IMG/VR virus record: IMGVR_UViG_3300005337_000003
Span: 32,001-96,000 of that record
Length of the DNA stretch: 64,000 nt
From: a virus
Reading direction: 5' to 3' (one strand)
Below the pieces are notes generated by a model. The model was not told the origin of the DNA, ran no database searches, and saw only the letters and a list, made by a program, of their open reading frames with translations. Positions within the stretch are counted from its first letter, which is position 1, and every line of letters starts with the position of its first letter. Made by a program: the position numbers and the translations under genes. Shown here one piece after another: positions 9,419 to 20,187 of the stretch.

Positions 9419-11329
9419 CTAAAGTTTTACACCCATATTGGCCAGATAAGCTTTCATAAGCATAGCTGCATGTTCCGGATTCTTCTGCAGGTTAGGGTTC
9501 TTCATCAGTTCGTTATAATAATCCTGGGCATTCTCATTAACATCAGGAACGGTGCCCATCTCTCCCGGCACTCCAGTGAAATGAACATAGCCTGTACGGG
9601 AATCCACGTTATACTGCTTGTTGATGGAGTTGAGCCCCTGGGTTTGACCTCTGTTAGTCCATGCTTGATTAAAAGCATCCCGAATGTTCCTGCGGGCCAT
9701 TGCACGGGAATTGTCAAAAGTCTGGTTAGCCCTCACTGTGTTGTCGTACAGGTTAGTCGCCTGGGCAGCCCGAGTGCGGCTGGCCTCATTAAGAATAGCG
9801 CTGTTCTGCGCCTGGGTCTGGTTGGCTACCCCCACATTGAGATTGTTGTAGCGGCCCATGATATCAGCCGCATTGCTCAATGCCTGTCCAGACACCTGAG
9901 AAGCGCGGGAACTTAACGATTGGGGATCTGCAAAGGCTCCCAGAACCGACATAGTGGCATTAGACTGTTCATTATTACTTGCCAGCTCCCGGGTAGGGTC
10001 ATAATAAGTAGGAGTATTGGTGAAGGTTTCAAATCCTGCCTGCCAGGGAAGATACTTATTAATGTGGGAATAATCACTGGCAGCACCGGCCAGGTTAACT
10101 ATGTCCTGGGTCCAGAATGGGGTATCTGAAGGCGCAGTAGCCGGGGCTCCCCTTTGCGGGATCTGAATCACAGGAGCAGCTGCGGGGGATGTTTGGTTCT
10201 GCGGGGTTACTTCAACCTCATCCAGTTGCACCTCCATAGGATCTCTAAAACCCATAGCGTAGGCAGTATGCGCTCCCCACTGACTATCAATATCATTCAC
10301 AGTCTTATTTTTGCCTTGTGGTACAAAATACGGTGTATATCCGCGCTTAATAGATTCATTACGATGCCAGGTCTGAAAGTCTTTAACATCTGCCGGATTA
10401 TGGGGATCAAAGTCGGGATTCTGCTTAAGGTAGTCTTTGGCAAAGCGCTGCTTGAAGTCTTCAAGGACTTGCGGACTATCTAAATTCTCATAACCGAACA
10501 CATTGGTTTTACCTCTGATTTGGCCTTGCTTGACAGGAACTTGTCCTTTGTCTGCACCATACGCTGTAGGGTAAGTATATTTGGTAGGGTCGAAAAATTC
10601 ATCCCCTGTCTCAAAGCCAGGCCTTAAGTAGAATTTAGCACTGGCCGCATTGCTTGACTTTTTTTCTTTTCCCTTCTGGGCTTTAGGCAGGGCGGCAATC
10701 TTGATCTTCATCTTCACAGCTCCTCCTCTTTTCATTTCCGAAACTGAAGGTACAGCTGGCTGCTCAGGGTTAACACCGTCAACAATGCTCGACACATCAA
10801 TACCCATATCAGTAAGGTAAGGAACAGCCACCATGGGAATACCGTCAGGGAACCCCTTCATGGATTCCTGGACAAGTGATAATTTACCCAGCTTATGGTT
10901 CATATTCTGCATCATGGTCTTAGCAGTCTTTTTCTGCAAAGCATCCGAGTTTTTGTCCTGGAAGATAGCCTTGAATTTGTTCAGGTCGTATTGTTTGGCA
11001 AGTTCGGCCATGGTGTACCCGGAGGCTTTAGCTTTTTTACCAAAACTGGTCTGCAGGTTTTCATCGGCTAACTTAAGTGTCTTGTCCTTTGAAAAAAAGA
11101 ACGAGTTATCAGGGACGTTAAGCGGCGTTCCACCCTGACTATGGGGTTTGCCTCCAATGTTATATAGCTCAGGTATGCCGTCGAATGACATGGGCCCAAG
11201 CAGGATTTCCGAACGCTCGGCTTCAATGTTTGCAGCATGTTTGTCCTTACCCTTCAGCGGCTGAATTGTTTTTTTAGGCTTTGGGTTTTTGTCCTCTTCC
11301 GGTACAGTTATAATCTTGATCTTGCTCAT
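9419..11329 (-). CDS. Virion cargo protein, 636 aa
   Basis: NIEAERSE...GGKPHSQGGTP module seen in crAss-like cargo proteins; MKRGG motif; Asn/Gln-rich coiled C-terminal half. Confidence 0.7.
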   Translation of the reverse strand: MSKIKIITVPEEDKNPKPKKTIQPLKGKDKHAANIEAERSEILLGPMSFDGIPELYNIGGKPHSQGGTPLNVPDNSFFFSKDKTLKLADENLQTSFGKKAKASGYTMAELAKQYDLNKFKAIFQDKNSDALQKKTAKTMMQNMNHKLGKLSLVQESMKGFPDGIPMVAVPYLTDMGIDVSSIVDGVNPEQPAVPSVSEMKRGGAVKMKIKIAALPKAQKGKEKKSSNAASAKFYLRPGFETGDEFFDPTKYTYPTAYGADKGQVPVKQGQIRGKTNVFGYENLDSPQVLEDFKQRFAKDYLKQNPDFDPHNPADVKDFQTWHRNESIKRGYTPYFVPQGKNKTVNDIDSQWGAHTAYAMGFRDPMEVQLDEVEVTPQNQTSPAAAPVIQIPQRGAPATAPSDTPFWTQDIVNLAGAASDYSHINKYLPWQAGFETFTNTPTYYDPTRELASNNEQSNATMSVLGAFADPQSLSSRASQVSGQALSNAADIMGRYNNLNVGVANQTQAQNSAILNEASRTRAAQATNLYDNTVRANQTFDNSRAMARRNIRDAFNQAWTNRGQTQGLNSINKQYNVDSRTGYVHFTGVPGEMGTVPDVNENAQDYYNELMKNPNLQKNPEHAAMLMKAYLANMGVKL

Positions 11330-13596
11330 GTGAACTGTATTTTGTATCCCTGTTTGATAAGTGAAAGTAATTCATCGTGGTCCACGTCGTAACTACCGCC
11401 TGCCTTATAGCAATTCTTAGTTCCTCCCATCCTGTAAACTTTGGAGGTCATTTGATCCGGCCTGAAAAATCCCTGATTAGGATCGTAGTCGCCCCGGCTT
11501 CCATACGATGTAGGGGCGGAATTTTCTATAGTCTGCTGCTGTTTTAGCTTCTGCTCTTGGCGGAACGAATCCGCCTGGCTTCCAGCCATGTTAATCAGGT
11601 TAAGTATAGCGCTGGGGATCTGAGAAGCTACATTTCCATCCATGCCGACAATTCCTTGCTGCATTGGTGGGGAGCTGGTTGAAGCTCCTGGTCTGAGTAC
11701 ATTTCCGAATGACATGCCGGCATTGCCTTGAACAGGCACAAACTGCTTCATAGCCGTTGAGTTTAATCCAGGAGACTGAGGCGGCGGCTGCTTAAGGCCC
11801 TGGTTGCCCCAGGCGCCGAATGGTCCGTTATAATAACCCGGCTGAGACGGAGACCCTAACGGATGCTGAGGCGCAGAGATCTGTTGGCCATCTCCTCCTC
11901 CCGACATGTCGGATGTATCAATACCCATACTCTGTAAAAAGAAAGGGTCATCTATAGCGAACTCCCCCCCATCCTGAAACATATTGATGTCATTTCGATA
12001 CATATTAGTTTTCAAATTGCCGGACAGGTAATTAATGAAGTCTGCATTCAATTGTTTACGATAACCATCGCTGCTAACTCCTTGTAGGTTTTTACCTGTA
12101 GTATATGGTATTTTAAACTTTACATCTCCGCCAAACTGTTTGGCGAAGTTCCTGGCAAAATTTGCCTTCTTAACCATCTTTGGAGTAAACTTCTCCTTAT
12201 TGGCTAGTACGTGGCTGGCAAATTCCTGAACCCCCATTTTATGTTTACTGGCCGCTGCGGTAAAGGTTCCTTTCTTGGCGGGATCCAGATGAATGCCTCC
12301 GTATTTCATAGGCTTTATTTCATTTCCCTGGGAGTCGTAAGTGATCACTCTGCCATCATCATATTGATAGGTAGTGGAATTCTCACTGAAGTTAATAGCC
12401 TTGCGGCCCGAATTTGGAATGACTAAGCCTTTTTTAGGGGCTTTGAATGTCTCTGGTGCCTTGTACTCTATGAAGGGGTTATAATTAGCGTCTCCGTATT
12501 TTAAACCTGGGTTCTTAAGATTTACATACCCGGTATCAGTAGGGGAATACTCGTTAGGATTATAAAAAGAAGGGTACTTACCAACCGAGAGCAATTCCTG
12601 CGTATTAGTACCTTCCCCGTACTGAGAAGCAGGCTTATACCCTGCCGCTACATTTTGATCATACCACTGTTGAGGTGTCAGCTTCTTAGGAGTTCCTCCC
12701 AATTGGAAAGTACGTCCTCCATATCTCGCATAGCCATTAGGGCTGTATTTCGAATTATCCATAGCAATGTTATTCATCATATAAATAAACTGTTGTTTCT
12801 TATCCTCATCACTACCCTTTAATGAATCAAAAATATCCTTAAAGTGCGAGTTGTTTTTGATCTTGTCAGACTTAAACATTTTATCGTAATGGGACTTATC
12901 GAAGGTTTGAGTTTTTGCATCATAGATCTTCTCTTGGTTCAAAAGGTAACGAATTGGCTGCAACCTGTTCACAAACTCTGTCGGGGAATTATAGTAGCCA
13001 AACTCCAGACCTCCCACAGTCCTATCCGGACGATTAGCAACAGTATTTGAATGTATATTTTTAACGGTAGTAGCTGGAATCCTTTTACCTCCCTCATCTA
13101 GCACATGGCCAAACTCATGCACAGGAATAGTCTCAAATCCTGGAAAACCAGAACCGTGCTGGTACTCATTCTCCAGGTAAACATTCCCGTTCACATGCTC
13201 TCCGGATATCACACCTGGCCTTTTGCCTATAGACTTTTTATAGATAACTTTCGCATTATCAAGATTCTTTAATCTAGCAACCTGTTCTTTTTTAGGGTCT
13301 GTGAACCCCTCTGACTGCAATCGCTCTAAATATTTAGGGGAATTAACGTAAGCTCGTAGCCATTCCCGCTGCTTATTAGTCTCTCCTCCATCCTGTTTCA
13401 AAGGATACTCATTCACATAATCACCACTGAATTCATAATCTTCTCCAGGAAACATCAACTTGACATTACCATTATTATCTACTCCCACAACGGGGTGATC
13501 AACCCCCCTCATAGTGATACTGGAAGATGGGATCCTGAGCGCAGGCTCATTTCTGTCTTTTGAATTTCGCTTATATCCCGTCTTACTGACTTTCAT
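11326..13596 (-). CDS. Modular virion cargo protein with zincin-like (HEFGH) domain, 756 aa
   Basis: IPVHEFGH at 13105-13119 with downstream EFVNR. The ITMRGV...PGEDYEF N-terminal module and the GGIHLDPAKKGTFTAAA...KKANFARN module are crAss-like. Eight x-x-x-GG motifs. Confidence 0.75.
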   Translation of the reverse strand: MKVSKTGYKRNSKDRNEPALRIPSSSITMRGVDHPVVGVDNNGNVKLMFPGEDYEFSGDYVNEYPLKQDGGETNKQREWLRAYVNSPKYLERLQSEGFTDPKKEQVARLKNLDNAKVIYKKSIGKRPGVISGEHVNGNVYLENEYQHGSGFPGFETIPVHEFGHVLDEGGKRIPATTVKNIHSNTVANRPDRTVGGLEFGYYNSPTEFVNRLQPIRYLLNQEKIYDAKTQTFDKSHYDKMFKSDKIKNNSHFKDIFDSLKGSDEDKKQQFIYMMNNIAMDNSKYSPNGYARYGGRTFQLGGTPKKLTPQQWYDQNVAAGYKPASQYGEGTNTQELLSVGKYPSFYNPNEYSPTDTGYVNLKNPGLKYGDANYNPFIEYKAPETFKAPKKGLVIPNSGRKAINFSENSTTYQYDDGRVITYDSQGNEIKPMKYGGIHLDPAKKGTFTAAASKHKMGVQEFASHVLANKEKFTPKMVKKANFARNFAKQFGGDVKFKIPYTTGKNLQGVSSDGYRKQLNADFINYLSGNLKTNMYRNDINMFQDGGEFAIDDPFFLQSMGIDTSDMSGGGDGQQISAPQHPLGSPSQPGYYNGPFGAWGNQGLKQPPPQSPGLNSTAMKQFVPVQGNAGMSFGNVLRPGASTSSPPMQQGIVGMDGNVASQIPSAILNLINMAGSQADSFRQEQKLKQQQTIENSAPTSYGSRGDYDPNQGFFRPDQMTSKVYRMGGTKNCYKAGGSYDVDHDELLSLIKQGYKIQFT

Positions 13597-13614
13597 GGTA
13601 TGAAGATACAGATT

Positions 13615-16600
13615 TTATCGGTTAGAATAAAGTGTCTTGTTAACTGCAAAAATCATGACAAAGCGTTTATCTCCACACACTTTACGGCGTAGGAAGACAT
13701 ATCCCAGGTAACCACGAAAAGCTTTTTGCTCTGTCTGATCCTTATTATAATTTATATTAGCATTATTCAGATCCATAATATACCCATTCGGTTCTGTGTT
13801 CCATATAGGCCTGTAGGCTGTAGATACCCTGTTAAGGGTTAAGTCGTAGAACATATTAATCCTGAACTTATTCTCCTTCATCTCATAAAGAACCTTGGTA
13901 TGGTCGGAAGCTACTATCGGATACTGAAGATCGTCCCACGGGGAGTCCGGCGAACTTAAAACCAGTTTTAAAAGTCCTGAACACTGCTCGTTGTTATAAA
14001 CCACTACCTCGTCAAATGTTTCATTTAAAAACATATATCGGTCATAGCAATTATCGGCATATTTATATACCTCCTGGTAGTACTCAAGGCTCTTGGTAAT
14101 ATTAACCACACCTTTATCATCATTCAGATATTCCAGCTCAAATGGATAATCTACACCATAATAATTACAAAATAAATCACACCTATTGTTATGTCGCCAT
14201 ATACCATTACCTTTTATGGTATTAAAGTTTTTAAGCGAAGGCATAACAAGATCCGGATGCCAGTCATTAGCACTTAACCATTTTTTCTCACGTATATCAT
14301 AGCTTATTGTCCACGAAGCTGGTTGGAAGAATTGAGTATCCTCAAGGGTAAAAGTAAATAGCAGCGGGCCTTGCGGTTGGTCATCTCCTGTATCTTCAGC
14401 TGGGTAATAACCAAAAACATTACCGGAAATGTGATTTACGAATTTGAGCTCGACTACGTTTGTAAATTTATAATCTTTTTTGGTAAAATACACAACATGG
14501 TTCTCGCCGTCATATACTGCCTGGTAACCTATGCCTATCACGGGGTTATTCCGGTGTGGAAAATCAGGAAAATCTACCAGTAGATTATAGGGCATATAGA
14601 TGGAAAACCACCACAGTCTTTCAGGCATTATAAGATCTATAAGTCCCCCGGTAATAGTAAATATTCTGAGCTGCTCAGGGCATACCCAATAAATGCCGGA
14701 TGGAGTATTAACGACACTGAGACTCTCCTGAGTAGCTCCCACCTGATAGGATCGATCAGCGTTACTTAGAGACTGGGCCTCTCGACTTAAGAAAGATCCG
14801 CTGCCAATAGTAATAGAAGTGACTGACAACTCTAACTGTTCATTACCCTGGATCATTACCGGGTTATCCGATTTAAATATAACAATGGCACCAGTCGCCC
14901 CTATGGATTTAATAGTAGAAATATTAGATTTAAATTCCCGGTAATCATTGGCCTTAAATATCGTCCAGGCATTTACAACTGATCCATTCTGCTGAGGCAG
15001 TGAGTAAATTACCCTCCTTGGGTGGTAGACATAACAATTCTCAGCGACTATAGGATCATAATAAACAGGCTGACCATAAGACCATGAAACCATATTGACA
15101 AACGACCTGGAAGCACTTAAAGAATAGTCATACTTATAAAAATTATCCGACTTGATCACATCTGGATCAGCCTTAAACATAGCCACTGTATTAGTGTAGG
15201 TCTCCGAATCATAATGTCTTTTCTGTACAGGTTCATCCCAATCTCTATAACCCAGGTTAATCTCAGACTCAACGTAAAAATCACGCACACTGGAAACAAA
15301 CAAATAAAAATAAGCATTCTTCACAATGAAATAAGATTGGGTCTTAGTAGCATCGTTTATGAAAGTGTCGGAAGTGGATGGTTTACGATCCAGGGCCCTA
15401 AAGCCTGTGGGGAGCCAGGGTGAGGCGCTATAGTTATTCAGTTGCGTGTTGCCTGCTTTGCCTCCACCAGTGGTTAATCCTACGATTGAGCCGCCCAGGT
15501 TGTTAGCAATACCCTTAGTCATATCCGATACATCGAATTTTTTAGTATTAGCCCAGTATGAAGGATATTGTAACATACGAGCTTTGAGATAGTCAAACTC
15601 AAATCCGTCAAATTGCTTATACAGCCAGTCATAGAAAAAATACATAGTGTTCTTTTCCGTATACCTGGTTATATATACATCCCCACAAAAGATTACAGGA
15701 GAGGTGAAAGCATCGTTTACGCTAGATATTTCTATGTAGTTTACACAGCCTGTGGGAACCTTCTTAGTGCTGCCGGGTTGTCCATATTGGTTTCGCAGCC
15801 TCTCCTTAAGGGAAGCATACAGGGAGCTGGCAGTAGTGACTACATTATATGTAGTAGGGGAGTAATGGATATCTGAAGCCCCTGAAAACCCAGCCTGAAC
15901 AGTTCCTACAGTCTGCTTTGTATTATCTATGGCCAACGCACTCAGATCGGTAGGTATTGCCATGTCCACAGTCGTCTGAACTGCTACTGTTGAACTGCGA
16001 TAAAAATTGTTTATCCTTTTATTGCCATCAAATTCCTGAAAGGTGGGGCCTAGGTAAACACTACGGTTAATTCGATACCTGAGTGGGTAGGCATTAAAAT
16101 ACTTGTTGTAAAAACAATGCGATATCTGCTGCAGGGCATATTGTTGATATTGCGACATGTGTAATATCGCATCCATCACATTATCTATGCCTTCGCCCCA
16201 GAATTGTACAAACATGGATAAGCCTCCCATGGCGGCGCCCCGCAAGAAACCGCCGATAGATTTGCCTAATCCTCCAACAAGCTGGCTGACTTTTCCCCCG
16301 CCTCCGAATATTCCGTCCAGTACATTGCCCGATGAAATATTGGCTCGTTCCTGTTGCTCTATGGGAGTAACTGTCATATCCCTGGCCTCCACAATGTCAC
16401 CGCTATCTGCCTCCACATTCTCTATAGAGTCGTGGTCGTCTATTTTGCTGGAAAGAGCTCCAAGTATACCTGAAATGCCAATAGCTGTAGCTCCAGCAAC
16501 CGTCAACGCACTAGAGCCCGGTATGATGCTATTAGCTACTGAACTGGATCTGGAGCCTACCAGTTTTGAAACCCCTATGCCTATGCCCACAATAGTGGCT

Positions 16601-18540
16601 ATGAACCAGGCAGCATTAGTGGGTAATCTATGCATAGGATGTTCCTGAGGCTGATAAAATTTCAAAACTGCTTCCCCCTGGACAGCGCCATCAACTGCAA
16701 TTTCCTGCATTGATAAAAATGTCCTCCTAAACATCGTATCCGGAGAATGGAAAGTCACCAGATCCTTATTATAACTGGTGTTAGGATTTAGATTCGCAGT
16801 AACACCAGTAATAGCTGTAGTAGTAGTCGGAGTTGTGGAAATATAGGGATCAGCCCCTAGGTCATTATAAGGAAAGTTAGGGTAAACACCTTGTTTTCCT
16901 GAACTATCCAACAGGTTATAATTGAATGTATTGTTTACAATTCCTTTAGCTATTACGGTTTTATTTCCCTCTCGACTGGCTACCAGTATTTCGTATCCTA
17001 CAATATTTGGTATTAAGTTGCCGTCATTATCTACAGGAGGCTTAATATTTGAAAATTTTACTCCCAAAATGCGAATAACCGGAACGGTCAGTGGCGATAT
17101 AGGTGTTTCAGAATAAATATCTGTATAATTTAAAGCAGTGGACCTTAATGGGAATTTATGGTGCCTTACTTTTTTACCGCATAAATTTCCCCACACTTCG
17201 GGCTTATTTGTTGGGTACCTTTCTTCCGTCTCATAATAACCCATTTCCCCTTCGGCTATCTGATATCCTCCATCCCCCAATGCTGTTATGGTTGTGTTAG
17301 TAATTGTAGCAGTATTCAAATTCTCAAAGAAGAAGGTGTCATCGAATATCCCGGTAGCCGCGTCATCCTCCCCAGAATAAGGAGCCCTACCAGGTATATC
17401 AAAATCAGGACTCCTGTCTGAATCAGCATATACAAGCCGGATAGACAAATTGTAATTTTCATCCCGCATAGCTGACAGGTTAGTACCTCCATTACGGTAA
17501 TAATCGGCCGGGTACTCCACGATAGTAAAATGAGTAATGATCTGGTTAGCTAACGGCTGATAATTAAAATCAAATTTACTTTTAGGCCCAATGCGTAATA
17601 AACGATCTGATAATTCTACCATTGAGTTGGAACTTACCATGAGGGGATTGGTAATGGGAATAAATTCCAGGGGCACAACCACTAAGGTTTCAGGCAAAAT
17701 ATCCACCAGGATAGAAGTTTGAGTGATAGAGAATAATCCGTATCTTCTAGCAACAGGCTGTTGGTTTACAATAGCAATTACAACAAATTCATACTGATCA
17801 TAAGACTGGTCCAAATCGGATAGCAGAAATTCCACTGATCCTGACAAATTCTCATGGGAAAATAATGATATAGGTTTAGTAGGCACTGAATAATTTGTCA
17901 CCTTTTGACCATTCGCAGTGTACGCTGCAAGCCCATAATAAGTACCGTTTGGAAGGTTGCCTCCACTGCTTCCTTTATGTGCTGAGATGCATGGCAGTTT
18001 ACTGGGAGGATGGAGCTTGATCTTATCTGTATCCAGGGTTAACGGATTGTCGGGAACGAATACCCGGCAGCCGTTCGTGTCAGTTGTGTAGGTTCCCTTA
18101 TAGGGAATATTTGAAGGATTTATCTGCCTATCGGGGTTGCGGTGATTATCGGATATGTAAATGCTCCAGGAACAATCAAAATTCATCTTGGCCACTCCCG
18201 TGATCAAGTTTTGACGATTCCAGTTCAGACCCCGATCGTTCACTGCCTTGGTATAGGTCGCAGACATATCCCGAAAAAGTCCTAACTCTGAATCAATATC
18301 ATCTGTTGAACAGATAGCCCATAGATCTTCGTACATATAGACCATCCCGATTATCTGATATGGCGCCTCTATAAGCTTGTAATTTGCAGGCTCGTTTAGT
18401 CGAGCCCCTCCGTCCCCACTGCTCCAACCAGTAGTTGCGTTTCGGGCATGGGTGTATTCCCCCGAGACAGTAAAGCCCGTAGCGCCGTTGTCAGTTAAGC
18501 CCCCGGAAAAGGTATTAATATCCCCAGGATTGCCAGCCAT
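13615..18540 (-). CDS. Tail stabilisation / muzzle-like protein, ~1641 aa
   Basis: Beta-rich, begins MAGNPGDINTFSGGL (N-x-F-x-GG start typical of the family). I prefer ATG 18540 to the track start 18642, which overlaps the upstream gene by 128 nt. Position between ring proteins and cargo genes. Confidence 0.75.
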   Translation of the reverse strand: MAGNPGDINTFSGGLTDNGATGFTVSGEYTHARNATTGWSSGDGGARLNEPANYKLIEAPYQIIGMVYMYEDLWAICSTDDIDSELGLFRDMSATYTKAVNDRGLNWNRQNLITGVAKMNFDCSWSIYISDNHRNPDRQINPSNIPYKGTYTTDTNGCRVFVPDNPLTLDTDKIKLHPPSKLPCISAHKGSSGGNLPNGTYYGLAAYTANGQKVTNYSVPTKPISLFSHENLSGSVEFLLSDLDQSYDQYEFVVIAIVNQQPVARRYGLFSITQTSILVDILPETLVVVPLEFIPITNPLMVSSNSMVELSDRLLRIGPKSKFDFNYQPLANQIITHFTIVEYPADYYRNGGTNLSAMRDENYNLSIRLVYADSDRSPDFDIPGRAPYSGEDDAATGIFDDTFFFENLNTATITNTTITALGDGGYQIAEGEMGYYETEERYPTNKPEVWGNLCGKKVRHHKFPLRSTALNYTDIYSETPISPLTVPVIRILGVKFSNIKPPVDNDGNLIPNIVGYEILVASREGNKTVIAKGIVNNTFNYNLLDSSGKQGVYPNFPYNDLGADPYISTTPTTTTAITGVTANLNPNTSYNKDLVTFHSPDTMFRRTFLSMQEIAVDGAVQGEAVLKFYQPQEHPMHRLPTNAAWFIATIVGIGIGVSKLVGSRSSSVANSIIPGSSALTVAGATAIGISGILGALSSKIDDHDSIENVEADSGDIVEARDMTVTPIEQQERANISSGNVLDGIFGGGGKVSQLVGGLGKSIGGFLRGAAMGGLSMFVQFWGEGIDNVMDAILHMSQYQQYALQQISHCFYNKYFNAYPLRYRINRSVYLGPTFQEFDGNKRINNFYRSSTVAVQTTVDMAIPTDLSALAIDNTKQTVGTVQAGFSGASDIHYSPTTYNVVTTASSLYASLKERLRNQYGQPGSTKKVPTGCVNYIEISSVNDAFTSPVIFCGDVYITRYTEKNTMYFFYDWLYKQFDGFEFDYLKARMLQYPSYWANTKKFDVSDMTKGIANNLGGSIVGLTTGGGKAGNTQLNNYSASPWLPTGFRALDRKPSTSDTFINDATKTQSYFIVKNAYFYLFVSSVRDFYVESEINLGYRDWDEPVQKRHYDSETYTNTVAMFKADPDVIKSDNFYKYDYSLSASRSFVNMVSWSYGQPVYYDPIVAENCYVYHPRRVIYSLPQQNGSVVNAWTIFKANDYREFKSNISTIKSIGATGAIVIFKSDNPVMIQGNEQLELSVTSITIGSGSFLSREAQSLSNADRSYQVGATQESLSVVNTPSGIYWVCPEQLRIFTITGGLIDLIMPERLWWFSIYMPYNLLVDFPDFPHRNNPVIGIGYQAVYDGENHVVYFTKKDYKFTNVVELKFVNHISGNVFGYYPAEDTGDDQPQGPLLFTFTLEDTQFFQPASWTISYDIREKKWLSANDWHPDLVMPSLKNFNTIKGNGIWRHNNRCDLFCNYYGVDYPFELEYLNDDKGVVNITKSLEYYQEVYKYADNCYDRYMFLNETFDEVVVYNNEQCSGLLKLVLSSPDSPWDDLQYPIVASDHTKVLYEMKENKFRINMFYDLTLNRVSTAYRPIWNTEPNGYIMDLNNANINYNKDQTEQKAFRGYLGYVFLRRKVCGDKRFVMIFAVNKTLYSNR

Positions 18541-19516
18541 AGAAATAACGTTTAACAAACATATCCACGTACCGGGCATTAAATGCCTTCCGGTTAAGCG
18601 CCCAGGTATCCTGAATCTCTTTGAAGTTAGGCATACGGACAATACTGATCGCTTCGACCCTGGCCCTGCGGAGTTCCTCTTTTATATATCCCAACTTCTG
18701 ACCTACATCTTCTCCGTTCAAATACAGGTTCTCCAGGATCCGGTGCTTGACCTTATATTCGTAATACTCAGTAATCTTGGGCCTGTCCACAACCAACAGA
18801 TTACCCTCAGAGTCTTCGAGTATTCCTTCATAGTTAATATAAAGCTGGCCGCAGTTGAGATTAGAATATAGGAAGTCATCCTTGATCCATATCTTATCAG
18901 AACAATGTACATGTCTGTTTGGGCATGTTCCCGGTATGTTAAGCGACTCCACCAATCTGACTGGTATTAGTCGGTGCCATTTATGTATCTGTGTCTGCAG
19001 TATCTGAACCAACTCAAAAGCTTCCCCTTTACAGTTCATAAACACCCTGGGCTTAACACACGGATCTCCCATGAGGTGCAAAGGATTAAAACCTGGGACC
19101 GGCGTAAGGGTAGGAGTACACTCACCGCAATTACCACAGCCTCCACAACTCGATACGGACTGCGGACAGCTGGAACTATTGCAATTTTCCGTTACTGGCG
19201 GTGCGTCGCTATACTGCGGATACGGCACGACGTCTGTACGTATACCTTGCGGCGGAATGATGGTCCTGGAACCCTGATCGATTAAAAGTCCAAAGTTAAA
19301 AGCATAGTAGTCTCTGGGAAGCCGGCAATGGCCATTATTAATTTCAAGTATCTCCTCCTTTGTTTGGAATATCCTCAAGCCCAGGTCTTGGGTAACCCAC
19401 CGGACTACCCGTATAAGCTCCTGTGGATCTATCAGGCTGGCCTGGGCGTAACTCCTGAAATCCACCATGACGTCAGCCATCAAGGAATCGAATGTCTTAT
19501 ACTTTAAATTATTCAC
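18515..19516 (-). CDS. Tail ring / tubular protein with Cys-rich insert, 333 aa
   Basis: crAss-like ring protein position and size; insert CNSSSCPQSVSSCGGCGNCGEC. Confidence 0.65.
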   Translation of the reverse strand: MNNLKYKTFDSLMADVMVDFRSYAQASLIDPQELIRVVRWVTQDLGLRIFQTKEEILEINNGHCRLPRDYYAFNFGLLIDQGSRTIIPPQGIRTDVVPYPQYSDAPPVTENCNSSSCPQSVSSCGGCGNCGECTPTLTPVPGFNPLHLMGDPCVKPRVFMNCKGEAFELVQILQTQIHKWHRLIPVRLVESLNIPGTCPNRHVHCSDKIWIKDDFLYSNLNCGQLYINYEGILEDSEGNLLVVDRPKITEYYEYKVKHRILENLYLNGEDVGQKLGYIKEELRRARVEAISIVRMPNFKEIQDTWALNRKAFNARYVDMFVKRYFYGWQSWGY

Positions 19517-20187
19517 GACCTGAGTATGCTTTGGTTATCTACGTTATTATCTTTGGGGATCTGTATCATACCCAAAAGATCGTTCTTTAAAACTCCTTCT
19601 ATTTGAGCAAATAAATCATCCGGCACATTAGTGGGCTCAGTCAAACGATCCACACAACAATCTTCCGCATCACAAAAAAACTCCGAAATATCATCTTCCC
19701 ACATAGCATCTACATCTGCAGAATCCCAAGGGATATCTGGAAGATAGGTATATCCGTTCATGTACCAGTAATATTTTGTTTTATTGTATTTAAAAGTCGA
19801 GCTGCGGGTCATATATGACCAGGTTTTAGGGTCAGTTCTTTTTACCTCGGTAGACCCATCTACAGACGTTACACTTCTAATAATGGGCCCAAAGGCGCCT
19901 TCCAGTATTTTGGGCAGCCTATCCTTGCTTCTTTTCATTGTACAACAGACATTGATATCCACGCAGCCTGCTTCTATCGGGCTCACCTCTATTAAAGGAA
20001 CAGCCGGGAATTTTTGAAACATAGAACTATACCTGGTCATTTTGTTTCCATCATCTTTCTGTTTTATGTACAGTCTGGCGTATTTCATTACCTGGGAATA
20101 CAAAAACCTATCGGTAAGAAATGCATCCAGCTTATCTCCTTTAACTAACCTTCTTACACGGGATATTGTATCTGATTTGGTAGTCAT
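19513..20187 (-). CDS. Tail ring protein, 224 aa
   Basis: ATGA-coupled to neighbours; conserved crAss-like position downstream of the IHF-like gene. Confidence 0.6.
   Translation of the reverse strand: MTTKSDTISRVRRLVKGDKLDAFLTDRFLYSQVMKYARLYIKQKDDGNKMTRYSSMFQKFPAVPLIEVSPIEAGCVDINVCCTMKRSKDRLPKILEGAFGPIIRSVTSVDGSTEVKRTDPKTWSYMTRSSTFKYNKTKYYWYMNGYTYLPDIPWDSADVDAMWEDDISEFFCDAEDCCVDRLTEPTNVPDDLFAQIEGVLKNDLLGMIQIPKDNNVDNQSILRS

Noticed and set aside
18541-18642. Track start for the 1675-aa ORF
   Set aside because: Overlaps the upstream gene by 128 nt; ATG 18540 gives the family-typical N-terminus.
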